Assembly: GCF_009914755.1 (NCBI RefSeq)
Contig: NC_060940.1
DNA length: 64,000 nt
Strand: one strand, 5' to 3'
DNA from: the human T2T-CHM13v2.0 reference genome, Homo sapiens
Shown here: positions 16,226 to 33,763 of the stretch, one piece after another
How the letters are laid out: every line of letters begins with the position of its first letter
How positions within the stretch are numbered: position 1 is the first letter of the stretch
Notes under the pieces: model-generated
What the model was told of the DNA's origin: nothing
What the model saw: only the letters and a program-made list of their open reading frames with translations
The model's database searches: none
Made by a program: the position numbers and the translations under genes

Positions 16226-17378
16226 TCAGTTCCATAGAAAAGGGTGTAGAGGGTGTGTGTGTGGGGGGGGGCAGGGTGGGGGAGTTGGGAGGTATATGGG
16301 AATTCTTTGTACTTTCTGCTCAATTTTGCTGTGAATCTGAAACTGCTCTAAAACATAGTCTATTAATTTAAACACAAATCAATTCCTTCCATCAGGCTAA
16401 GTTCTGGGCTCCAGGGCCAGTATCCATCCAGGTGGAGGCAGGAAAATACACACACACTCACAAACACACACACACAAATGTTTTGCACTCCCTGGGGAGC
16501 ACACTTAGGCCACATTTTCCAGGTAGCAACTACATGGGTTGACCCTTCAGCCAAAACTCTCCCATTTGGTGTAGAAATCCCTGCTTTTATCTATTCTTGT
16601 CCTTTCTTGTAAGTATTTGCAGGAACTATGGCAGCTCAAGTTGGGAGTGGGAGTTTCTTATGTGAAGGGGACAGGGTAATTGATATGAATCTGCAGGTCA
16701 TAATCAAAACGTGAACCTGGAGTGGGTGTGTGTGTGTGTAAAACCATGTCCATGGCACTGGCCCACTTCACTTGACATTATTGGATTTGTCAGTATGTCT
16801 ATATTTTCTATGTCGCTGGATTAAAATCTTTATTTAGCAGCCAAACACACATAGATGTCTAGAACAGAGCATAGCACATCATGAAAATCCGCAATAAATA
16901 CCAACTGAATTGACAAATAATGAATGAATAAGTGATTACAGCCACATTAGCTCTGAATAAGACCAGCTGCAAAATAGGCAATTTCTCAGCCCCCCTGCCA
17001 TGCCTTTATTATCTTGATATCTTGATATCTTACAGATCTGTGGTCTCCAATGTAAGGCTGACAATTTCACTATTATTATTGGGGAGGCCGTTATAACATG
17101 CCACTAGTTTTGCGTTTTTCTCTCTGCACCACCAAATTCCAATTATTCAAGGCAGGAAGGGAAGACATTAGCAGAGGTTATTACAGTGAAGCAGTCTTAA
17201 AGAAAACATCCCTCAGTGGGAAACCAAAGGAAATGCCTTCTCCACCAATTGTTTTCAGACTTCGCCCACACGTTGCCATGGAGTGAGCTGGGGGATGGCT
17301 TAGACAGAACCAGGAACCTGCAGCATGGGTGAAGAAGTCAGGTCTCATTTCCAAGACAATCCCAGACTCTCCCGGTAC

Positions 17379-17502
17379 CTTTTAATCAGATCCATTTCTG
17401 CCTGATCCCTCTTGTGAAGGAGCAAGTTCCGGCTGTTGTCAAAGATATCTTCAATCTGGTCTGGCCAGAGGAACAGAGTGCTGTTCAATTTGATGTCCTC
17501 AT
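17379..17502 (-). CDS. DNAH3: DNAH3 exon 16 (124 nt long form (Y)EDIKLNSTLFLWPDQIEDIF...MDLIK(R); 82 nt short form starts at 17460)
   Basis: Acceptors ttttgcag|AT (17502) and ctggccag|AC (17460); donor AG|gtaccg; inside ORF 17345..17584. Confidence 0.93.
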
Positions 17503-18389
17503 CTGCAAAACACATACTGCCTGCTCCAGGACACTGTTTAGCATAGGTCGGGTCAGCATGTGGCGAATTAATTAGACAGAACAAGAGGTCAACAGGAGTG
17601 GTGTGGGGGTGGCAATGAACACATGGATGAGTGACAGTGACATTTGTTGAGCACTTACTAAGGGCCAGGCTAGAAGGTAGATGATATTATCATCCTTGTT
17701 TGCACAGATGGCAAACACAGCCATTGAGCCTAGTGGTCAAGGTTACACTGCTAGAAGGCATCAGAGAGGAATTCAAATCCAGGTCTAATTCCAAAGCCTG
17801 TGTTCTAACCTCTCTGCTTGATTGCCTTCCTAGGCTAGGTCTGAGTCAAGTCAGAAACCCAGATTGATGCTCTCGTTCCACAGTTCAAACTATTTCACTT
17901 CATCTGCATGTCGGTTTCCCTTTAGGTTAAATGGCAGTCATGGTATCAAAGCCAAATGCCCTACCCATTTTATGACTCTGGTGAATTAAAATGTCCACCC
18001 TGGGTTTCCTTTGTGAATTTCGGGAGGCAGAGCCCACAGTGAGAGTCCACGGTGTATCCAGGGGTCGAGGGCACAGCTCGTGAACATGCAGGTGGATGGT
18101 TAGGGAACCACTTTTCACTCCCAGTCCCCATCTCTCCCTCCCATCAACCTCCCCCTGACATCCATACATTGTGAACACCAAGTAATTCACAGGTATTTTC
18201 AGATAGAAAATGGCTTGTTGAGAGGTTATTAACTTTTCCTTCAGAATCTGCTTCTCACTTTAAAACTCTAACTTGACCCAACAAACTTTCAAGGAGCCCT
18301 GACTATTTTTTTCCTTTTACAATACACAGGAGCATGAAGAAAAGTGTCTCGGCCTCTTCAAAAGTGGGATTGATGAAGATTACAGATGG

Positions 18390-19108
18390 GCGGCCAGGGG
18401 CTGTGGCTCACGCCTATAATCCCAGTACATTGGGAGGTCGAGGCAGGCAGATCACTTGAGGCCAGGAGTTCAAGACTAGCCTGGCCAACATGGAGAAACT
18501 CTGTCTCTACTAAAAATACAAAAATTAGTTGGGCGTGGTGGCACGTGCCTGTAATTCCAGCTACTCAGGAGGCTGAGGCATGAGAATTGATGGACCCTGA
18601 GAGGCAGAGGTTGCAGTGAGCCGAGGGTGGCACTGCACTACAGCCTGGATGACAGAGCAAGACTCTGTCTCGACAAAAAAAATAAATAAATAAAAGATTA
18701 CAGGTAAGTAAAATCTACTCATTTAAAAAAATGATTCTGCATTTGGAAGTGACTTTTCCAGGAACACCAGACACAGATGCCAAGACAGGGATCTAAGAAC
18801 TGGAGGTCGGCCAGGCCCCATGGCTCACGCCTGTAATCCCAGCACTTGGGAGGCTGAGGCGGGCGGATCATGAGGTCAAGAGATAGAGACCATCCTGGCC
18901 AACATGGTAAAACCCCGTCTCTACTAAAAATACAAAAATTAGCTGGGCATGGTGGCACGTGCCTGTAGTCCCAGCTACTTGGGAGGCTGAGGCAGGAGAA
19001 TTGCTTGAACCCAGGAGGCGGAAGTTACAGTGAGCCTAGATTACACCACAGCACTCCAACCTGGTGACAGAGCGAGACTCCATCTAAAAAAAAAAAAAAA
19101 AAAAAAAG
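18390..19108 (+). mobile_element. Two AluS-like elements (about 18390-18695 and 18809-19108)
   Basis: TSDs aagattacag and aagaactggaggtc. Confidence 0.92.
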
Positions 19109-19397
19109 AACTGGAGGTCAAGTGTCTATCTATGTCTCCTTTGTGTCTAACAAGATTCCTTTTGTGTGATTCAAATTACTGTGGATATGAGTATAAAATT
19201 CGTGCCTCTAACATATGGGGGCACTTGAAAGGCAGCTCTTTTATATTTAGTGGTAGAATTCATATAACTATCCTTTTGCTCAACACTTTACCCCTAAATA
19301 TATAAATACATATAGACTATTTGAAATGTTATATATACAAATATAAAATATACATATAGGTATGCATTTCGATGGTCACACATGGCATTGGACTTAC

Positions 19398-19582
19398 ACG
19401 GCAAGTCTGCATAGTCCATCAGGAACTCCAGCCGTTCACTTGCATCTCTAAGTTGCCTCCTGAGTTTGAACACAGTGACAGCACTGGATTTCTTTAGGAA
19501 TTCAATGAGGGATACCAGCTCCTTAGTGTTGGCAGGAACCTCACTGACTTTGTCTGCGATGTGGCTGTACTGATTACAAATG
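19398..19582 (-). CDS. DNAH3: DNAH3 exon 15 (185 nt): ICNQYSHIADKVSEVP...EFLMDYADLP
   Basis: Acceptor ttctgtag|C, donor T|gtaagt; absent from the ORF track. Confidence 0.93.
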
Positions 19583-19605
19583 CTACAGAAAAGAAACAGC
19601 CATTG

Positions 19606-19638
19606 TTATCATCATCATCATCACCATCATCACCATCT
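19606..19638 (+). repeat. (CAT/CAC)n microsatellite next to the exon 15 acceptor
   Basis: atcatcatcatcatcaccatcatcaccatc read directly. Confidence 0.85.
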
Positions 19639-20125
19639 AAAATGACTTTCTTGTAAGACTCCATGTTCAAAATACATAATTCCTATTTGAAAAAAAAAGA
19701 AAATTTTTTTTTAATTTTTTCCCTGCCTGCAAATCCTTGATGGATAATATTCACATGCACACTAAACTCCAGGAATAATAGCAGTTGTAATGATAATAAT
19801 ACCTGTTATGTATTAAGCCATTATGAAGTAGCACACCCCATTCTAATCATTTACATAGATTAACTCATTTAATCCTCACAACAATTCTAAGAGGTAGATA
19901 CTACTATTATCTATACTTTATAATGGAAGAAAGTGACCCTGAGTAACATTATCGAAAGCAACATGGTATGTGGGTGTCAGAGCCAAGATCTGAACCTGGG
20001 TTAATTGACTCCAAAGCTCATACTCTTAACAAATACACCATACTACCTCTCATACACAGAACCTAGATTTAGACCAAAACACCACCACCACCACCAGCAA
20101 TTCATCACATTTTGTGTTGAAATAG

Positions 20126-22965
<2,840 letters not shown>

Positions 22966-23079
22966 CTAAATCATTTTAGTCTATAGTTTAAAGTGCTTTG
23001 AGGAAGAGAGCTAGGATAACATGGAATAACCATTTTCTAACCTTCAAATAGAGACACAGTAGAAGGCAGTTGCCATCTC

Positions 23080-23577
23080 AGCCAAGCATCCATTACCTCT
23101 TTCTGTAACAACACCTATGTATTATCGGGGACCCCCACCCCTTTCAGCTCATGTGGTTTAGGTGGTGTTGACACCCATCCCAGAGATGGGAACACCCAGC
23201 CAGATCTAAGCCATCCTCTTGGCCAGTGTTTGATTCAATGTTGTACAAACGACCTAAGTCAGGCCAACCTCACATGGGCCAGGACTTTTCCAAGGATGAT
23301 AGAAAAAGAAATTTTTTGCCTCCTCTGGATAGGAATCCGGGAGGATGTAAGCCTGGAGCTGCAGAAGCCCATAAACTGGAGAGAACCTGTTAGAGAATGG
23401 AGCCAACGTGGAGGAAAGCCAAGCAGAGAGAGAGGAATTGCATCCTAATTGCAGCATTGAGGGCCTGAAGCTAGAAACCCTAAACTTTTCAACATGTGAG
23501 CCACAAATTCCCTTTTTAACCCAAGCTAGTCTGTTTGAGCTTCTATCCATTATAACCAAAAACATCTTGTCTAACAC
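23080..23577 (+). mobile_element. MLT1-family LTR remnant
   Basis: 3' end tgtgagccacaaattccctttt...ataaccaaaaacatcttgtctaacac. Confidence 0.6.
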
Positions 23578-23628
23578 GTAGTTGTCAGTAAAATAAAGGC
23601 ATAATATAGAGTTTAAGATTGAACAATG

Positions 23629-24085
23629 GAACCAAACATGGTGGCTCACACCTGTAGTCCCAACAGACTTAGGAGGTTGAGGCAGGGGGATCACTTGAGC
23701 CTGGGAGGTCGAGGCTGCCATGAGCTATGATCGCGCCACTACTGCACTCCAGCCTAGGGGACAGAACAAGACCATGTGTCTAAAAAAGAGAAAGAAAAAT
23801 GATATGCAAATAGAGGCAGGAGGATTGCTTGAATCTAGGAATTTGAGGCTACCGTGCACTGTGACTGTACCTGTGAATAACCACTACAATCCAGCTTGGA
23901 CAACATAGCAAGACCCTGTCTCTGAAAACAATTAGAAAATTCGCCAGCCATGATGGTGGATGCCTATAGTCCTAGCTACTCAGGTGGCTGAGGCAAGAGG
24001 ATTGCTTGAGCCCAGGAGTTCGAGGCTACAATGAGCTATGATCAGGCCACTGCACTCCAGATAGAGTGAAACCTCCTTTTGAAAA
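23629..24085 (+). mobile_element. Old Alu monomers, including a FAM/7SL-like arm
   Basis: cctgtgaataaccactacaatccagc motif near 23870. Confidence 0.7.
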
Positions 24086-24532
24086 AGAAAAAGATTGAAC
24101 AACAGAATTCCCGGACCTATACAGCAGAATTCTGCCTAGGAGTGATTCTAAGGAAAATGCGCCTGTAAGCACTTTGTGTTTCAAAATATGTGCTAGATGA
24201 ACAGTGAGAAGGGCCTGTGACCTCAGACAGACAAGCCCAGGAAGCAGTTTGCATTCTCCTGAATTTGCCTGCAAGAAGACAAAAGCTTCAGGATCAGAGA
24301 CAAACTGCTAACAAATGCCCTCCACCCGCCTACTCCAACCCCCATGTCGCTTTCTCTTGACTGTTCACCTCCTAGCCTGAACCTGAATTCCTCACTACCC
24401 TTACTTAGGGGCAGAAAAAACTTGATCTAGAAAATAATCTGTTCATTGCTGGAAGGTGCAAGTTCTGGTCACTTTTTCGTCTCCAGTTGGTGCCAAATAC
24501 CATTGCTATTTGTCTGCACAGAATTACAATAC

Positions 24533-24711
24533 CTGGTATTGGTGTCTCGGTTTACATCCACTTGGAATTGAATCAGATGGTCTTTAAGATTTTGAGCTCG
24601 CTCACAGAGATCATGATTTAGGGCCGTAGCATCAAGGCAGAACATGGCTAAAGGCACGGTGATGTTCATGGATGCAATTTCATTTCTCCGTTTCTTTATG
24701 GCATTGATCTT
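24533..24711 (-). CDS. DNAH3: DNAH3 exon 14 (179 nt): KINAIKKRRNEIASM...VNRDTNT(S)
   Basis: Acceptor tttctgcag|AAG, donor AG|gtattg; inside ORF 24469..24729; preceded by a 188-nt intron. Confidence 0.95.
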
Positions 24712-24899
24712 CTGCAGAAAGGAGCACATTCAGTAGCTTGATTTGCCCTTGAGCCTCTCCCACTTGCCCCCAGCCTAACCCCTGGCCAACCCTAGTCCAA
24801 TGCTGAGCATGGTCTATGCACCAAAGAGACACTAACTGCTCATTGGATTGTCTGCAGCACATGTCACCAAGGTATAAAATCTCAAGTGGCATTTCCTAC

Positions 24900-25005
24900 C
24901 GTCACAAAATCATCAATGTCATGATTTTCTTTCAGGAACGCAGCGATGTTTTGCTCTGCCGTGTTATCCAATAAGTCAACATACTTTTTGTAGACATTTA
25001 AATAT
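24900..25005 (-). CDS. DNAH3: DNAH3 exon 13 (106 nt): YLNVYKKYVDLLDNTAEQNIAAFLKENHDIDDFVT
   Basis: Acceptor tatggaag|A, donor ACG|gtagga. Confidence 0.93.
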
Positions 25006-25250
25006 CTTCCATATTGAAGGGTGTGAAATCAAACACACAAATATAAGTCAACCAAATCAGATGAGTCAGAGTGGCAAATGAAGACATAGTAGCATTTTAA
25101 AAAATGTAGCCCAAGCCAGGAAAGAGAACTATAATGTGGCAAAAGTTTCATTAAACAGAGAACTCAGAATTTTGGCTCTGATTTTCAGTTTCACCACTTC
25201 CTAGCAGTGTAAACTTAGACAAGATATTTCAGTTTTTCAAGGATGGGTGT

Positions 25251-26353
25251 TGTATTAGTCCATTTTCATACTGCTGATAGAGACATACTCGAGACTGGGA
25301 AGAAAAAGAGGTTTAATTGGACTTACAGTTCCACATGGCTGGGGAGGCCTCAGATCATGGTGGGAGGCAAAAGACACGTCTTACATGGCAGTGGCAAGAG
25401 AAAATGAGGAAGAAGCAAAAGTGGAAACCCCTGATAAACCATCAGATCTCATTAGACTTATTCACTATCATGAGAATAGCACAGGACAAAACAGCCCCCA
25501 TGGTTCAATGACCTCCCCCTGCGTCTTTCCCACAACACGTGGGAATTCTAGGAGATACAATTCAAATTGAGATTTGGTGGGGACACAGCCAAACCATATC
25601 ATTCTCTCCCTGGCCCCTCCAAATCTCATGTCCTCAAATTTAAAACCAACCACACATTCCCATGCTGCCCAAGACCATGGGAACCCACCTCTTGCATCAA
25701 TATAACCTGGATGTGAGACCTGGAGTCAAAGGAGATCATTTTGGAGCTTTAAAGTTTGACTGTCCCACTGGATTTTGGACTTGCATGGGCCCTGTACCCC
25801 TTTGTTTTAGCCAATTTCTCCCATTTGGAATGGCTGTATTTACCCAATACCTGTACCCCCATTGTATCTAGGAAGTAACTAACTTGCTTTTGATTTTACA
25901 GGCTCATAGGCAGAAGGGACTTGCCTTGTCTCAGATGAGACTTTGCACTGTGGACTTTTGGGTTGGTGCTAAAATGAGTTGAGATTTTGGGGGACTAATG
26001 GGAAGGCATGGTTTGATTTGAAATGTGAGGACATGAGATTTGGAGGGGCCAGGGGCAAAATGATATGGTTTGGCTGTGTCTCCACCAAATCTCAACTTGA
26101 ATTGTATCTCCCAGAATTCCCACTTGTTGTGGGAGGGACCCAGGGGGAGGTAGTTGAATCATAGGGCTGGTTTTTTCCCATGTTATTCTCATGGTAGTGA
26201 ATAAGTCTGGTGAGATCTGATGGGTTTACCAGGGGTTTCTGCTTTTGCTTCTTCCTCATTATCTCTTCTGGCAACACCTACACAAACATACCCAGGATTA
26301 ATACTTTGTATCCCTCAATCCAATCAAGTTGACACTCAGTATTAACCATCACA
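25251..26353. mobile_element. Composite LTR element: THE1A LTR(-) 25251-25601, internal pieces in opposite orientations, partial THE1A LTR(+) 26061-26268, MLT2A-like 5' end(-) 26269-26353
   Basis: tgtattagtcc...aaaccatatca; tgatatggtttggc at 26061; the right end reads tgtgatggttaatactgagtgtcaacttgattggattg on the minus strand. Confidence 0.8.
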
Positions 26354-26360
26354 GTTGTCT

Positions 26361-26667
26361 TTAATTTTATTTTATTTTATTTTTTGAGATAGACTCTCAC
26401 TGTAACCCAGGCTGGAGTGCAGTGCTGTGATCTCAGCTCACTGCAATCTCCTCCTCCCAGCTTCAAGTGATTCTCTTGCCTCAGCCTCTGGAGTAGCTGG
26501 GATTAGAGGCATGTGCCACCACACCCAACTAATTTTGGTATTTTTAATAGAGACAGAATTTTGTCATGTTGGCCAGGCTGCTCTCAAATTCCTGGCCTCA
26601 AGTCATTTGCCCACCTTGGCCTCCCAAAGTGCTAGGATTACAGGCATGCATCACCAGGCCGGGCCCA
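26361..26667 (-). mobile_element. Alu
   Basis: TSD tgtctttaatttta. Confidence 0.9.
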
Positions 26668-26796
26668 ATGTCTTTAATTTTAAGTGGAAATGATCATTAA
26701 CACCTCATAGGATTATTGTAATGCTTAACTGTAATAAAGCACACACAAATGAATTAATGCTGTGCCTGACATACAATGAATGTGCTACAAATATTA

Positions 26797-27127
26797 CGAT
26801 AGTCCCTCCTTACCCTTGGGGATATGTTCCAAGACCCCCAGTGAATGCCTGAAACCGCAGATAGTACTGAACCCTTTATATACTGTTTTTTCCTATACAC
26901 ATATATGTATTTATGATAAAGTTTAATTTATAAATTAGGCACAGCAAAAGATTAACAATAACTGAAAATAAAATGGAACATATAACAATATAATGTAAAA
27001 ATAAAAGTTATATGAATGTGGTCCCTTTCTCTGTTTTTCTCAAAATAGCTTGATATTTTCCAACCTTAGTTGACCTCGGGTAGCTGTAACTGCAGAAAGC
27101 AAAACCGCAGACAAAGGGGACGCCTGT
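26797..27127. mobile_element. MER44-like TcMar-Tigger element
   Basis: tagtccctccttaccc...gaaagcaaaaccgcagacaaagggga. Confidence 0.7.
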
Positions 27128-27454
27128 GATTCCTATCCCTTCTTCAAGTCCCAAAATTCTAAGCCTAAATCTTAAGATGAAAATCTAGGACTAATTAACC
27201 TAAAATCTATTAAATAAAATCAAAATTTTCTCTGCCTGTAATCAAATGACACAAAAATGGCTGGACAGTTTCCCCAAAATTGGAGGATGTGTTTGGGATG
27301 GTCTGGTTTAAAATAAGTTTGAATTAAAATAAAGATGATAGTGAGTAAGCAGAATTAACTTTGTGGGACTCAGTGGCATGCTTCCAAGAGGTGATCAACA
27401 CTTTAGAGACTCTGAAACTGAGATGCAATGAGAAATCCGTGGAACTGTCAATCC

Positions 27455-28703
<1,249 letters not shown>

Positions 28704-28811
28704 CTAAGAGTCCATGAATAGGGAAAACAGAGGTTTCAAATAGAATCTCCCAAATCAAATTCACGAGGGCAGGGCTTCCAAATATGAGGCCATGATTTTT
28801 TGACTAGGTTA

Positions 28812-29137
28812 GCAGTTGTTCTCAACTGGTGGGGACTTTTGGCCACACCTGAAGACATTCTTGGCTGTCACAACCAGGGGATTCCTGCCGGCATGCATAA
28901 TTCCTACAAGGATTCTGCTAAACAGCCCACCACGCACAGGACAGCCCCCACAATATAATTTTCCAGTCAAAAATGTCAGTAGAGCTGCAGTCCAAAAACT
29001 CTGGGTTAGCGTGACCATATCTCTTGGTTTGCCTGGGACAGTCCAGGTTTATACCTGTTGTCCCATGGTAATTGTTAACAACACTCTTTTCACTCGTAAA
29101 TTGTCTCACTTTGGAAGCTATTTACAGGATCACCCTA
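28812..29137. mobile_element. MER20-like (28812-29003) and adjacent MER94-like (29006-29137) hAT elements
   Basis: cagttgttctcaact...caggacagccccc; tagcgtgaccat...gatcacccta inverted ends. Confidence 0.65.
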
Positions 29138-29145
29138 AACTAGTG

Positions 29146-29527
29146 TGATATGGTTTGGCTGTGTCCCCACCCAAATTTCATCTTGAATTGTGGTTCCCAT
29201 AATCCCCACGTGTTGTGGGAAGGACTCGGTGGGAGGTAATTTAATCATGAGAGCGGTTACCCTCATGCTGTTCTCGTGACAGTGAGTTCTCACGAGATCT
29301 GATGGTTTATAAGAGGCTTTTCCCTCCCCCTTTTGCTCAGCACTTCCTCTTCCTGCTGCCACGAGAAGAAGGATGTGTTTGCTTCCCCTTTTGCCACGAC
29401 CGACCGACCATAAGTTTCCTGAGGCCACCCCAGACCTGCAGAATTGTGAGTCAATTAAGCCTCTTTCTTTTGTAAATTACTCAGTCTCAAGCATGTCTTC
29501 ATTAGCAGCGTGAGAACGGACTATACA
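29146..29527 (+). mobile_element. THE1-family solo LTR
   Basis: TG...CA ends with a perfect 5-bp TSD tagtg. Confidence 0.92.
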
Positions 29528-29609
29528 TAGTGACTGCTCACGTGTGCAGCTGTGAGATGTTTTACAGTGTGATGATTAAAGGACATGGCCTGTGGGTTCA
29601 GATAACTGA

Positions 29610-29879
29610 TTCTCGATCCCCAAATCCAAAAAGTTCTGAAAACAGACAGTTGCCTCAAAATTCACTTGGTAGCAAAAGTTGGCCTGAACAGATATGAGGC
29701 TATTATGTGAATATTTATAGGTTTCCCTGCAGAAATATCAACATGTTGCCCCAGACCTCACAGAAACTGCAGGATAATATATGATATACGCATTATGTTA
29801 CTTTTATATAACCCAGAAATTTTGAAGTGCCAAAACCCATCTGGCTTCACAACTATCAGATAATGGAGGTGGATCTGTA
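29610..29879. mobile_element. Tigger-type (MER46-like) element inserted in a MIR
   Basis: End catctggc...cagataatggaggtggatctgta; MIR-like flanks. Confidence 0.5.
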
Positions 29880-30110
29880 ATTGAATTTGAATCCTGGCTC
29901 TACTAACTATTTGCTATGTAACACTGGGACAGTTAGAGTTTCCTCATTTGTAAAGTGGGAATAAATAGTAATACTCATGTAAGTATTGGCTATTCTTACT
30001 ATGTATGTGTTCAGGTGTTTGGGAACAGGAATACCTTATTGGATGAGAGTTAAGAACACCAAATCAATCCCAAAAAGCTACATAGCTAATAAATTTATAA
30101 CTCAACTTAC

Positions 30111-30247
30111 TTGCAGGGGCCAACTTGATTTTTCTGAAATACCTTGAAAGTTTGAATCAAAAAATCAGAAACAAGTTTTTCTTCTGCGTTAACAGTTCCA
30201 AGGAGCAGATTATATCCTTTCAGCTCTGGGAACAGGACAGATTCCAC
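30111..30247 (-). CDS. DNAH3: DNAH3 exon 12 (137 nt long form VESVLFPELKGYNLLLG...QVGPC(K); 115 nt short form starts at 30225)
   Basis: Acceptors ctcttcag|GTG (30247) and ttcccag|AG (30225); donor AA|gtaagt. Confidence 0.93.
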
Positions 30248-30871
30248 CTGAAGAGTAAACACCACTTTTGCATGTTGCAAGACTTAAGAAGGGAGATGGT
30301 ACCCAAATGCAAAGCCTTCTCTAATGCACTCATTTCCAGGGCTGCCAGCTGCATTTTTACTCTATTTCCTCTTAGATAGTGCTGGAATCACCCTGCTGTT
30401 TCCTCTACCTCTGTTCTCTCTCCTTTCCTTCTTGCCTGGATTACTCATCTTTCAAATCCCTGACCTTTCAAGGGTCTTGTCCTTTGAGAGTCCCCCTTGT
30501 CCTGCTCACCGCCCCACAACGCTCCAGTGGATGTTGGTTTCCCTGTTTCAGGCTCACCTTCTGAACTTTTCCTGCTTAGCACTCATCACAATTGCAATTA
30601 GATGAATGTGTAATGAGATGTTCTAGGTGTGTCATAGAATACAAATTCCATGAAGGTCTGGATCATATTTGACTTCTTCACTGTTATATCCCCAGGGCCT
30701 AGCAAAAGCTTGGCACTTGGTAAGTGCTCAAAAAATACTGGGTGAGTCAATGAATACTATCGTAGTGCTCCCCTCCTCCCCTACTACCCAGTTTTCCTCT
30801 CTAATGAAAATTCTGGAGACGTGGATTCTAATTCTGAATCTGCCACTGAGGGACAATGTGACCTTAGGTAA

Positions 30872-33305
<2,434 letters not shown>

Positions 33306-33648
33306 ACCTTAACTAACTTTTAAAATTCTTTTTAAACCATATATACGGCAGATCTTGCAGTGAGTGAAGGTAACACCCACCAGTTGCCATTCTTAAAGAT
33401 TTTTCTTAGTCAACCTGCAGGACTATGTTTTTAAGTCTTCACTAACCAGTTCAGAGATAAAACAGTCTGAGGGGCTTAAGGAGGAAGCTAGGGCTGTGGG
33501 TGTCACTAGATGGGGAACTCAGTCTACGTTGTTTTTCCTTATTGTCTCGTAAAGTCATTGGTATTCACATAGGCCTTGTTTTCAAACCTGGTACAAACCA
33601 TGTCTTCTTGGCATTGTAATTCATCAAATGTAGTACCGGCCCTGGTAC

Positions 33649-33763
33649 CTGCCATTGCAGTGGCAGCCGCGTGCATGCTGGGCTCTCCTGGCTCAGCTGC
33701 TTTCACACATTGCCGATCAGCAGCAGCAGCAGTGAAGGAGAACTTAAGTGGTATGTATTTCAG
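33649..33763 (-). CDS. DNAH3: DNAH3 optional exon 11 (115 nt, phase 0-1): LKYIPLKFSFTAAAADRQCVKAAEPGEPSMHAAATAMA
   Basis: Acceptor tggggacag|CTG has no pyrimidine tract, donor G|gtacca; the peptide is in the older reference protein as I recall it; in frame only with the 30225 acceptor of the next exon. Confidence 0.65.

Noticed and set aside
23811-23925. 7SL-like sequence as an RNA gene
   Set aside because: Only the diverged Alu-domain end is present, without the S domain; a FAM-type fossil.
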